A stretch of 64,000 nucleotides of DNA from an uncultured Methylomirabilota bacterium (GCA_963845565.1 CAWJSJ010000002.1:1920001-1984000); one strand, 5' to 3'; positions 1 through 8,508 are shown, counted from the first letter of the stretch. Notes: a model not told the origin generated them from the sequence alone. Made by a program: numbers and translations.

Positions 1-708
1 GAGACGAAGCAGGCCCTCAAGCTGGCGCTGCGCCGGAACGGTCCGACGTTCATCCGGGGCTGCCGGAATGAGACACCCATCCTGTTCGAGGACGCCGAGC
101 CGTTCCAGATCGGGAAGGCTCGGAAGCTCCGGGACGGCAAGGACCTCACCATCGCCGCCTGCGGCGTGCCCGTCGTGATGGCGATGGAAGCCGCCGAGCA
201 GCTCGCCAAAGTGGGGATCAGCGTGGACCTGCTGGCCGTCGCCACGGTGAAGCCGATCGATGCGCCGGCGCTGGCCGCCTCGGCCCGCAAGACGGGGGCG
301 GTGCTCTCCGTGGAAGAGCACAACATCGTCGGCGGGTTCGGCGGGGCTGTGGCCGAGGCGCTGGCCAAGCATGCGCCGACGAAGATGGACTTCATCGGGG
401 TTCAGGACCGCTTCACCGAGTCCGGGGCCTACGATGCCCTGATGAAGAAGTACGGCATCTCGGTCGAGGCGATCGTGGCCAAGGCCAAGGCGCTGGTCGC
501 GGCGAAGCCGAAGGCGCCGAAGGCCGCTCCCGCGGCGGCGCCTGGCCGGAAAGCCGTCGCGAAGACGGTCGTCAACCGGAAGGTCGTCGCGACGAAGTCG
601 GTGGCGAAGAAGGCCGTGGCCAAGAAGCCGGCGGCGAAAAAGGTCGCCGCGAAGAAGGTGGTTCGGAAGAAGGCGGTTGCCAAGCGGCCCGTCCGCAAGG
701 CGAGGTAG
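1..708 (+). CDS. Transketolase C-terminal subunit (5'-partial) with Lys/Ala-rich histone H1-like tail
   Basis: Frame open from base 1; motifs GKARKLRDGKDLTIAACG, TVKPID, VEEHNIVGGFG, IGVQDRFTESG; tail of xAKK repeats. Confidence 0.9.
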   Translation, partial: ETKQALKLALRRNGPTFIRGCRNETPILFEDAEPFQIGKARKLRDGKDLTIAACGVPVVMAMEAAEQLAKVGISVDLLAVATVKPIDAPALAASARKTGAVLSVEEHNIVGGFGGAVAEALAKHAPTKMDFIGVQDRFTESGAYDALMKKYGISVEAIVAKAKALVAAKPKAPKAAPAAAPGRKAVAKTVVNRKVVATKSVAKKAVAKKPAAKKVAAKKVVRKKAVAKRPVRKAR

Positions 709-763
709 CCGTTGTAATCGGCCAGTATTTCGTAACGAACGGTCGAACAAACGGCACTGACCA

Positions 764-798
764 CGCGGCGGGGCCCTCGGGGCCCCGTTCGCGCTTTT
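764..798 (+). terminator. Intrinsic terminator-like hairpin
   Basis: GCG..CGGGGCCC-TCG-GGGCCCCG..CGC followed by TTTT. Confidence 0.65.
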
Positions 799-832
799 GG
801 TCGGGCGAAGGGTACAGAGAGGAGCGGGGCAA

Positions 833-1585
833 ATGAAGCTTGCGGGGAAGATCGCCCTCGTGACCGGCGGGGCGCGGAGCATCGGACGGGGCATTGCCCT
901 GGGACTCGCCCGAGAGGGCGCGGACGTCGGCGTCATCTATGTGAACCATCCCGAGGCGGCTCAGGCCGTCGTCCGCGAGATCGAGGCGCTGGGCCGCCGT
1001 GGTCTGGCGGTCAAGGCGGACATCGCCAAGCAGGCGGAGGTCCAGGCCGCGGTGGCGGAGGTGGAGCAGCGCCTGGGGCCGATCGATATTCTGGTCAGCA
1101 ACGCCGGGGTGCAGAAGCGCATCTTCTTCCTCGACCTGCCGGAAGCCGATTGGGACTGGATCGTGGATACCAACCTCAAGGGCTGCTACCTGGTGGGACA
1201 GGCCGTGGCAGCCCGGATGAAGGAGCGGGGGCGGGGGAAGATCGTCAACGTGTCCTCGGAGGCGGCCGGCTTTCCCGCCCCGCGGATGACGGCCTACTGC
1301 GTCTCCAAGGCCGGCGTGGCGATGCTGACCAAGTGCATGGCGCTGGAACTGGCCCAGTACGGCATCCGCGTGAACGCGCTGGCACCGGGGCTCACCCGCA
1401 CCGATCTGAACAGCAAGGACCTGGACGACCCGGAGTTTCTCAAACTGCGCGTCGCCCGGATCCCCCTCGGTCGGGTCATGTCCCCCGACGATCTGGTGGG
1501 CGCCGCGGTCTTCCTGGCCTCCCCCGATTCCGACAGCATGACCGGCCAGACCCTCCAGGTGGACGGAGGACGCGGGATCGCGTAG
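833..1585 (+). CDS. SDR family oxidoreductase (FabG-like)
   Basis: TGGARSIG, NAG, YCVSK, RVNALAPG, VDGG motifs; RBS GAGGAG. Confidence 0.92.
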   Translation: MKLAGKIALVTGGARSIGRGIALGLAREGADVGVIYVNHPEAAQAVVREIEALGRRGLAVKADIAKQAEVQAAVAEVEQRLGPIDILVSNAGVQKRIFFLDLPEADWDWIVDTNLKGCYLVGQAVAARMKERGRGKIVNVSSEAAGFPAPRMTAYCVSKAGVAMLTKCMALELAQYGIRVNALAPGLTRTDLNSKDLDDPEFLKLRVARIPLGRVMSPDDLVGAAVFLASPDSDSMTGQTLQVDGGRGIA

Positions 1586-1633
1586 CCTCCAGTTCGAGGA
1601 TCGTGGCTTCTTGCGCAGGCAAGAGGAGTTGTC

Positions 1634-1666
1634 TTGACTGGAGGTAAGGATTCTGTGCATCCTTGC
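1634..1666 (+). promoter_or_regulatory. Putative promoter/operator of the antitoxin
   Basis: TTGACT at 1634 and inverted repeat GTAAGGAT..ATCCTTGC (1644-1666). Confidence 0.45.
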
Positions 1667-1688
1667 ATATCGGTTCGAGGGGAGATGC

Positions 1689-1930
1689 ATGCTAGCCAAA
1701 AAGACCTCGAAACATCAAGTCACGCTGCCGAAGGCGATCGTTCAGCAGATCCCCGATACGGAATACTTCGACGTATCGGTTCAGAAGGGGGCCGTGCTCC
1801 TGAAACCCGTTGTCGTCAGCGTGTGCGGGAGAGCGTCTTCGCGCAGTACGGGAGAAGGTCCAGGCGTTAGGGCTCACGGAAGATGACGATGGCGGGGGCG
1901 ATCCGCTGGGCCAGAGGTCGGAAGCGCTGA
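1689..1930 (+). pseudogene. AbrB/MazE/SpoVT-family antitoxin, two frameshifts
   Basis: MLAKKTSKHQVTLPKAIV..GAVLLKP continues in other frames as GERLRAVREKVQALGLTEDD and AIRWARGRKR*. Confidence 0.75.
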
Positions 1931-2076
1931 TGTGTCGTGGTCTTGGGCACCCGACGCGCCGACTGCTCGCCCCGTGTCGAGACCCGGAGGGGGCGGAAGT
2001 CGCTCGAATGCGCCGTGCCGGGCAAGCCCGGTCTCAGGACGATTAGGGGACGCCCTTAATATATTTAATTTACATC

Positions 2077-2106
2077 TTGACAACCCGTCGTCAGCGGAGC
2101 TACGGT
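2077..2106 (+). promoter_or_regulatory. sigma70-like promoter, probably leaderless transcript of the transposase
   Basis: TTGACA-18 nt-TACGGT, with ATG 7 nt downstream at 2113. Confidence 0.5.
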
Positions 2107-2112
2107 CTTCCC

Positions 2113-3151
2113 ATGCCGCGTGGGTCACGCCTGGATGCGCCGGGTGCCCTGCACCATGTCATGGTGCGGGGAATCGAGGGCCGATCCATCTTTGCGGATG
2201 ACGGGGATCGGCAGGATTGGGTCGACCGACTGGCGACGATCGGACCGGAGACGGGCCTCGCGGTCCTGGCGTGGGCGCTGCTTCCCAATCATTTTCACCT
2301 CCTGGTCCGGACGGGGACGCGGCCGCTGGCGACGACCATGCGACGTCTCCTCACCGGGTACGCCGGGGGCTTCAATCGGCGCCACAAGCGGGCCGGCCAT
2401 CTCTTCCAGAATCGGTACAAGTCCATCTTGGTGGAAGAGGAGCCCTACCTGCTGGAGCTGGTACGGTACGTCCACCTCAATCCCCTGCGAGCCAAAATAG
2501 TCAGCACGCTGGATGTGCTCGATGAATATCCCTGGACCGGGCATAGCGCCCTCCTGGGGCGTGTGCCTCGGCCGTGGCAGGCCGTCGGCGAGGTGCTCGG
2601 CTGTTTTGGGCCCACGTTCGCGGCACGCGAGACATCGGTATCGGGAGTATGTGGCCGAGGGTGTCGCGCAAGGCCGACGCGTAGACCTGCAAGGGGGCGG
2701 CTTGCGCCGGAGTGCAGGAGGGTGGGAAATCGTCGGGGATCTCCATCGGGGCCGCGAACATGGCATGGCCGACGAGCGGGTGCTGGGCAGCGGCACCTTT
2801 GTGGAAGAGGTGCACCGCACGGTTGCGGCGCAATCCACGCCCGTGCCCCGTGCGGTGGCGTTGGCACGGTTGCCGAGGCTTCTCCAGCGGTGTGCTGGTC
2901 TCTGGGGGATCACCGTCGAGGAGTTGTGCGCTGGAAGCAGGCGGCGTGTAGTGTCGCAGGCCCGCGCGGTGGTTGCCGGACTTGCGATGCGGAGACTCGG
3001 CCTTCCTATGACCGAAGTGGCGCGTGCGTTGGGAGTATCGTCAGTCGCCATTTACAAAGGGCTTTCGCATTGCGATGCGATCCTCGGCCGCCGGGGATTG
3101 AGCGTCGAAGAGGTGATGCCACGTGAGCATCAGATTGTGAAAGGTAAATAA
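2113..3151 (+). pseudogene. Y1 HUH transposase (RAYT/TnpA-like) with C-terminal DnaA-type HTH; frameshift ~2620
   Basis: MPRGSRLDAPGALHHVMVRG, HUH motif NHFHLL, GHLFQNRYKS, RYVHLNP; second frame gives ARHRYREYVAEG..DERVLGSGTFV..MTEVARALGVS. Confidence 0.85.
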
Positions 3152-3368
3152 ATTAAGGGCGTCCCCTATTCTTGCACGCGGGTGAACAGTTCGGCGCATG
3201 ACGCGCCCGAGTGCATCGCACCTTCCAGGTAGCCGAAACCGCTTTACATCGCCGGAACCGTCTGGCAGTTTCCCTGCGGTCCGTGAATGGTGGCAAGGAT
3301 CGCGCACCGCGCGAGGCGTCGTGGGCGGCGCATTGCCATTCTCGCAGTGGATTGGAACGGAGGTGCGG

Positions 3369-3923
3369 ATGATCAGCGGAGCCGTTCTTGGGATTGTCGT
3401 TCTATTTGTGGTTCTTGTCGTGGTCGTGGGGGCCGTGATGCTGGTGTCCTCGAAGAAGACGCCAGCCCCAACGTTCCCATACCAGAGGGAAACACACCTC
3501 GTCTCGCCTGCGGAACGGTCCTTCCTGGGGGTCCTGGAGCAAGCCGTTGGGGACCAGTATCGGATCATGGGGAAGGTGCGGCTGGCCGATGTCATCAAGG
3601 TGCGGTTCGGCATGAACGGGAAGGGCCGCCAGAGTGCCTTCAATCGGATTCAGAGCAAACACGTGGACTTCGTGGTCTGCCACGCGAAGGACTTGGCCGT
3701 CCAATACGTGGTCGAACTTGACGATAAGAGTCACGAGCGCGCCACGCGCCAGGGCCGGGACGAGTTCGTGGATCAAGCCCTTCAGGCTGCGGGAGTCCCG
3801 ATCTTCCACTTCAGCGCGAAGCGGAGCTATGCGGTGGCGGATGTGCAAAAGGTCCTCGCGGCGAAGCAGACGCTACCGGACCATGAGGCTTGGCCCGCCC
3901 CGTTAGACGACAAGCAGATGTAG
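3369..3923 (+). CDS. DUF2726 domain protein with N-terminal TM helix
   Basis: SPAERSF, KVRLADVI, KHVDFVVC, ELDDKSH, RDEFVD motifs. Confidence 0.88.
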   Translation: MISGAVLGIVVLFVVLVVVVGAVMLVSSKKTPAPTFPYQRETHLVSPAERSFLGVLEQAVGDQYRIMGKVRLADVIKVRFGMNGKGRQSAFNRIQSKHVDFVVCHAKDLAVQYVVELDDKSHERATRQGRDEFVDQALQAAGVPIFHFSAKRSYAVADVQKVLAAKQTLPDHEAWPAPLDDKQM

Positions 3924-3928
3924 GGCCA

Positions 3929-4654
3929 ATGCTCCTCCTTCTCGCGTTGGCGCTGATAGTCACGGCGGTCCTCGCTCTGCCTCAAGTCCGGGGCTGGATC
4001 GGCGAGAAGACCACCACTGTCGGGTTGCGACTCGGCCTCGATGCGGCGACCTATCGGCAAATCGACAATGTCATCGTGCCATCGCAGAATGGCACCACCC
4101 AGATCGACCACATCCTGGTCTCCGTCTACGGCATCTTCGTCATCGAAACCAAAAACATCAAAGGCTGGATTCTCGGCTCCCCCGAGAACACCACCTGGAC
4201 GCAGGTGCTCGTCGGGAAGAAGTACCCGTTCCAGAATCCCCTCAAGCAGAACTATCGGCACACACGGTGTCTCGCGGAATACTTGCACCTGGACCATCGA
4301 GTGTTCCACTCGGTTGTGTGGTTCATTGGCGACTGCACGTTCAAGGCGGTGATGCCCGAGAACGTCCTGGCATCAGGACTCTCCCGGTACATCAAAAACG
4401 TCAGTTCGCGGTGTTTGACGGAAGATCAGGTCGCCGAGACTGAAAGCACCCTCAGAACCCTCAAAGACCACCCCGTCGCCACGAGGGGCGAGCACCTGCG
4501 GTCCCTTCAGGATCGCCACCAGTCGGAGACGGTGTGCCCCCGGTGTGGCGCACCGCTGAAGCAGCGAACCGCGAAAAGGGGAATACGGGCCGGGAACCCT
4601 TTCCTGGGCTGCTCCCGCTATCCGGCTTGCCAGTATACCAGAAACATCGGCTGA
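3929..4654 (+). CDS. NERD nuclease domain protein with topoisomerase-type C4 zinc ribbon
   Basis: TTQIDHILVSVYGIFVIETKN, FQNPLKQN, CPRCG..FLGCSRYPAC. Confidence 0.92.
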   Translation: MLLLLALALIVTAVLALPQVRGWIGEKTTTVGLRLGLDAATYRQIDNVIVPSQNGTTQIDHILVSVYGIFVIETKNIKGWILGSPENTTWTQVLVGKKYPFQNPLKQNYRHTRCLAEYLHLDHRVFHSVVWFIGDCTFKAVMPENVLASGLSRYIKNVSSRCLTEDQVAETESTLRTLKDHPVATRGEHLRSLQDRHQSETVCPRCGAPLKQRTAKRGIRAGNPFLGCSRYPACQYTRNIG

Positions 4655-4828
4655 CTGTTCTGTTGTGTGTTTTGCGCCGTGGCGCCCGCTTGCATCGCGC
4701 CGCTGGCGTGATCTCCGGCCGCTTGACGCCCCGCTGAACGTCTTGGAGGAACACGGGGTGATCACGCAGGCCGAGGTGTCTGGAGGAGATCAAGCGGCTC
4801 AGAGCAGAAGTCCGTGAAGGCCCGCTAG

Positions 4829-4863
4829 AAACACCACGAGCGCCGAGGGGACCCCCGACGCTC
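4829..4863 (-). terminator. Terminator-like hairpin, copy 1 of a 35-bp direct repeat
   Basis: AAACACCACGAGCGCCGAGG..CCCGACGCTC, repeated at 5469-5502. Confidence 0.5.
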
Positions 4864-4904
4864 CGGCGGGACACACGTCGCGCTGGTCGTGGTGGCGCCC
4901 CCGC

Positions 4905-5210
4905 TCACGCGGACGGGGGCTCGATCCGCAACCGAGCGGCAGTCTCCTTGATCATGGCGGTGAACCATTGGGCCGTTTCGGCCCGTTCTGTGCGGACGCG
5001 CTCGGTCTCGGCCTGGAGTCGCCGGACCTCCTCGCGCAACGCCTCACATTGCTGCTGGAGCCGCTCGCATTCCGTCTGGGCAGCCTCCGCCACCACCTTG
5101 AACTGGCTACGCTCGCGCAGAAGCTGGCGAACCCCCTCGAAGACCGCCGGACCTTCTTCCATCCACCGAAGCACGTGCTCCTGCGCTGTTCCCGCCATCT
5201 CACTGGTCAT
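4905..5210 (-). CDS. Hypothetical coiled-coil protein
   Basis: RBS GGAGAG before MTSEMAG; heptad-rich LQQQCEALREEVRRLQAE. Confidence 0.6.
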   Translation of the reverse strand: MTSEMAGTAQEHVLRWMEEGPAVFEGVRQLLRERSQFKVVAEAAQTECERLQQQCEALREEVRRLQAETERVRTERAETAQWFTAMIKETAARLRIEPPSA

Positions 5211-5468
5211 GGTTCGCTCTCCCTGGTGTGTCGTGGCCTGATGCCGATCGTGGGTGGTGACGTCTCGAAGACACCGATATCTCCAGGCTAGGTAGCCCCC
5301 CACGAGGGGGACGCAGGCGAGGAGCATCAGGGTGAGGAGCGAGGGCATCTGCGCCCGTCTTCCCAGCACCGCGCAGGCTCACGTGCGGTGCCGCCGCCCG
5401 GCGCGGTCGCCCTGGGGATTAGAGCGGCACCCCGTGCCGAGAGGTGCACGCGCTCTCTTGCGGCCGTC

Positions 5469-5502
5469 AAATACCACGAGCGCCGAGGCGGTCCCGACGC
5501 TC
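5469..5502 (-). terminator. Terminator-like hairpin, copy 2
   Basis: AAATACCACGAGCGCCGAGG..CCCGACGCTC. Confidence 0.5.
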
Positions 5503-5528
5503 GCCGAATACGGATTGAGCGCAATGAT

Positions 5529-5615
5529 CTAATTTCGGTAACGGTGTCTCCAGGCGAGGACACACAGCAGTGCGGCCTCGAACACGAGGAACGTGAGGAT
5601 CTCACTAACGTCCAT
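5529..5615 (-). CDS. Putative 28-aa membrane peptide
   Basis: MDVSEILTFLVFEAALLCVLAWRHRYRN; ATG 1 nt after the PEP-CTERM stop. Confidence 0.35.
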   Translation of the reverse strand: MDVSEILTFLVFEAALLCVLAWRHRYRN

Positions 5616-5616
5616 C

Positions 5617-6285
5617 TTACCGGTCTCTACTCGTTCGGTGCCGTCGCCATGCCATCCCGCCCAACCCCGCCAGGCCCGAGCCGAGGAGTAAGAGTGTGGA
5701 GGGTTCGGGGACTGGTGCCACCGCCTTCCCGTTGATCTCAAACATGCCGACAGGGTAATCGCTCTTGTAAAACGCTTGCCCCAGACCTGGTTCGTAGTCC
5801 CACAGCCCGCTGCTAGAAAACATGCCCCCCACGGACGCGCCGCCGGAAAGCGTGTACGTGCCATCCGATCCGGTCCACCACGCCGCTCCGTCGATTCCTT
5901 GTAGGACCAGATAGTAGGTCCCCGGCCCCAAGTGTAAGACTGACGGCAAGCCAACAAGGGTCAGGTCTGTGGCAGAATTCGGATTGTGGACCTGGAAGGT
6001 CGAATAGATAGTGCGGCTGACGTCTAGGCCACCAGTCAAGAGGCCCTGTAGGGAGACGGAAGGATATCCGGTCGCACTGTTGAGCACCATGCCGACGGAA
6101 TAAATGTCGCTTGGCTGTGCGAGGCCAAATTGAATAGCAATCCACGATTGCTCGCTGACGGCGTATCCGACGGACCCGACCTGCGGTGGGTCCAACGCGC
6201 CCACGAGTACCGGAGTTGCCCACGCCGACGGATTCCCAGGGAATCCCAAAATCATTACGACAAGAAAGAACCGAAAGGCTCTCAT
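5617..6285 (-). CDS. PEP-CTERM sorting domain protein
   Basis: Signal peptide; C-terminal VPEPSTLLLLGSGLAGLGGMAWRRHR. Confidence 0.92.
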   Translation of the reverse strand: MRAFRFFLVVMILGFPGNPSAWATPVLVGALDPPQVGSVGYAVSEQSWIAIQFGLAQPSDIYSVGMVLNSATGYPSVSLQGLLTGGLDVSRTIYSTFQVHNPNSATDLTLVGLPSVLHLGPGTYYLVLQGIDGAAWWTGSDGTYTLSGGASVGGMFSSSGLWDYEPGLGQAFYKSDYPVGMFEINGKAVAPVPEPSTLLLLGSGLAGLGGMAWRRHRTSRDR

Positions 6286-6345
6286 CCTCGCCTCCTTCGC
6301 CTAAGATGTTCTGGCCCTCGTGGTAGATAGCTCATATGCAAATAG

Positions 6346-6361
6346 AGCATAGACCGTGCCT
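6346..6361 (-). promoter_or_regulatory. sigma-54 -24/-12 promoter for the PEP-CTERM gene
   Basis: Minus strand AGGCACGGTCTATGCT (GG-N10-GC). Confidence 0.6.
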
Positions 6362-6674
6362 AACCATCCAGCAATACAGGATGGACTCGCTCTGCATCTG
6401 CTATTGCGAGTGGTGGTCGGAGGTTGTACGCCGGAGGTTCGGAGGAACGTCGCGAAGGGCAAACTGGGCCGGGGCGGGAACTGTAAGCGCACCCGACGGT
6501 TGAACGACCTGGGCGATTCAATCCCTAGAATCGACGGAGGACTAAAACGCGCTGCGTGGAGGCTTCTTCGCCGTCAGATTCCGAGCGTGCGGCGCTAGCG
6601 GCCCGTGGTGGGGCTGTGGTAGCATCGCGTGGGCCGTGTCCGGTGTAGTGACCCAGCAGAGAGGGAGAGAGGCG

Positions 6675-7178
6675 ATGGCCGGCAATCCGCGGGGCGCGGG
6701 GGTGTTGTTCTACGACAGGCATACGCAACGCGTGCTGTTGGTCCGCCGCGATAACACGCCGAGCATTCCCTTCCCCGATCACCTCGACATCCTGGGCGGC
6801 CACACGGAGGCGGGAGAGACCCCCGAGGACACCGTCGTGCGGGAGATCGCAGAAGAACTGGACGATCTGCGCAGCGGCTGCCCCTTCGTCCTCACGGGCC
6901 ATCGGCTCTTCACGGTCTACACGGACGCGCGGGGGGTGACGGATTCTGTCTTCTGCAAGGAAGCGGACTTCGACCTTGCCGATGTGCGCCTCAAGGAGGG
7001 CCAGGAACTGGTGTGGGTGACCGAAGACGAGGCCCGACGCACCCCCCTGGCCTTCGGCTACAACGACATCCTGGCGGAGTTCTTTCCGCGCTTCGAGCGG
7101 GGACGGTATGAGCCCCAGCCAGCCTACAATGCGTTAATACGGAAAAGAGAACCTTACCATGTGTTGCGCCCATTGTGA
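6675..7178 (+). CDS. NUDIX hydrolase
   Basis: Nudix box GGHTEAGETPEDTVVREIAEEL; 3' end uncertain. Confidence 0.85.
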   Translation: MAGNPRGAGVLFYDRHTQRVLLVRRDNTPSIPFPDHLDILGGHTEAGETPEDTVVREIAEELDDLRSGCPFVLTGHRLFTVYTDARGVTDSVFCKEADFDLADVRLKEGQELVWVTEDEARRTPLAFGYNDILAEFFPRFERGRYEPQPAYNALIRKREPYHVLRPL

Positions 7179-7314
7179 CGGTGAATTCACGCCTAAGAAC
7201 ATCCGGGGCCGTTTCTGCTCGGCCAAGTGTCGGGCGGCGGCGTGGCACGCGAAGCGAGATCAGGTGTTGGCGTCTGTGACGAACCGTTTAGAGCACGCCC
7301 TGCAGCGGTTGTAA
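7159..7314 (+). CDS. Small zinc-finger protein (CxxC..CSxxCR), 51 aa
   Basis: Hand translation MCCAHCDGEFTPKNIRGRFCSAKCRAAAWHAKRDQVLASVTNRLEHALQRL*. Confidence 0.6.
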   Translation: MCCAHCDGEFTPKNIRGRFCSAKCRAAAWHAKRDQVLASVTNRLEHALQRL

Positions 7315-7390
7315 GGGCTCCAGAGACAAAGAGAGAACCTGTGAACGCCACCCACGACACTGGGGGATGGGGCGCGATGGAGGAGCGAAC

Positions 7391-7747
7391 ATGATGCAGC
7401 GGATACTTTTTGTGGGTCTTGTAGTTCTGGCGAGCCTGTGCGTTTCGGTCCCTAACCTAATGGCTGCGGATGTGGGGCGCTACCAAATCGTTGTGGTCCG
7501 TGGGACGTCGGATGAAATGGTTGTCGTGAAGCTCGACACGGCCACTGGGAAGACGTGGGTCTTCGATGCGACACTCACCGATCTTGCAGACCCTGAGTAT
7601 CTGAAAACCCAGGGAACAGCAGACCCCCTCTCCTTGTACGAAAGTTTGGAGAAGAACGGGTTAATGGCCATCGTCCCACCATACTGGAAAGAGATGCCCG
7701 AGCGGGCGGCAGGCTATACGGTTAAGGCGAAACGTCTCTTGAAGTGA
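7391..7747 (+). CDS. Hypothetical secreted protein
   Basis: RBS GGAGGAG, signal peptide, GRYQIV..KLDTATGKTW. Confidence 0.7.
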   Translation: MMQRILFVGLVVLASLCVSVPNLMAADVGRYQIVVVRGTSDEMVVVKLDTATGKTWVFDATLTDLADPEYLKTQGTADPLSLYESLEKNGLMAIVPPYWKEMPERAAGYTVKAKRLLK

Positions 7748-7805
7748 GATCCCGATCTCGCCCTTCTCCGGCGCACTTACGCGGGTGGCGGTGTGCAGCC
7801 AGGCC

Positions 7806-7977
7806 ATGACGGAACGGAAGACCTAGGCGTGTTCCGACCGGTGCAGAGAGGCAAAGGGCCGGCGGGAACGGGGGACTAGAACAAGCGGAGAAGGACAGGC
7901 GCGTCCGCGTGACGGCCGCCAGCATCGTGCGCCGTATCGCCGAGGAGTATCTGCGGGCGGCGGCCGAGAAGAAGTGA
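7806..7977 (+). pseudogene. Possible ribbon-helix-helix protein remnant
   Basis: ATG at 7806 closes early; downstream frame VTAASIVRRIAEEYLRAAAEKK* resembles RHH helix B. Confidence 0.3.
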
Positions 7978-8028
7978 CGGTGGGGGTGATGGTGGAGCAG
8001 GGGGAGAGGGAACGCAACGGAGGAGAAT

Positions 8029-8508
8029 ATGCCCAGCGCGGAATCCACGGCAGAGGACGCCCCCGAGGCCAGTTTCCCGCCGTTGCCAGAGGATGAAATA
8101 TTCAGCTTCGAGGTTCAAGCCGCTGAGGTGAAACGCTCTGCGAAGGGTCCGTACGCGAACGTGAAGCTTGCAGTAGTGGATCATCCAGAGCACGCCAGTC
8201 ACTTGGTGTGGGAAATCCTGCCTTTGCCAGACGAGTTTCTCTTCGCGGCGAGGATCAGGGAAACCATCGCGTCCGAGAAGCGTCCGTGGGACAAGGCACT
8301 GTGGACCCAATACAACCGGTTCATGCAGTTCCTTGGAGCGATCGGTTTTGAGATAGGCGAGGGTGTCACACTTGAGGACAGCGGCGGGCAGAAGGCCTGG
8401 AATGTGCACCAGCTCCTCGGCCGTCGGTTCCAAGCGAAGGCGGCCACCGAGGTAACCCAAGGTCAAGCCCGGTCGCGGATTGGTATGTACCTGCCTCGTA
8501 TCAGCTAG
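8029..8508 (+). CDS. Hypothetical phage-like protein (DUF669-like OB fold)
   Basis: FPPLPEDEIFSFEVQAAEVKRSAKGPYANVKL pattern; RBS GGAGGAG. Confidence 0.55.
   Translation: MPSAESTAEDAPEASFPPLPEDEIFSFEVQAAEVKRSAKGPYANVKLAVVDHPEHASHLVWEILPLPDEFLFAARIRETIASEKRPWDKALWTQYNRFMQFLGAIGFEIGEGVTLEDSGGQKAWNVHQLLGRRFQAKAATEVTQGQARSRIGMYLPRIS

Larger units (their letters stand above)
2044..3168 (+). mobile_element. RAYT/IS200-like element bounded by 24-bp terminal inverted repeats
   Basis: TAGGGGACGCCCTTAATATATTTA (2044-2067) matches the reverse complement of 3145-3168 at 23/24; encloses the transposase gene. Confidence 0.75.

Noticed and set aside
1888..1901. GATGGCGGGGGCGA resembles the tRNA-Asp 3' end (possible third att site)
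   Set aside because: Only 13/14 nt in GC-rich DNA, inside the antitoxin coding remnant, with no T-arm match
3860..3912. GTTAGAC near the DUF2726 end as an attC R' box
   Set aside because: No matching R'' box or convincing hairpin; lies within the CDS
4730..4828. Fragment LNVLEEHGVITQAEV/EEIKRLR as a gene
   Set aside because: No start codon and frameshifted; too short to call beyond a probable remnant
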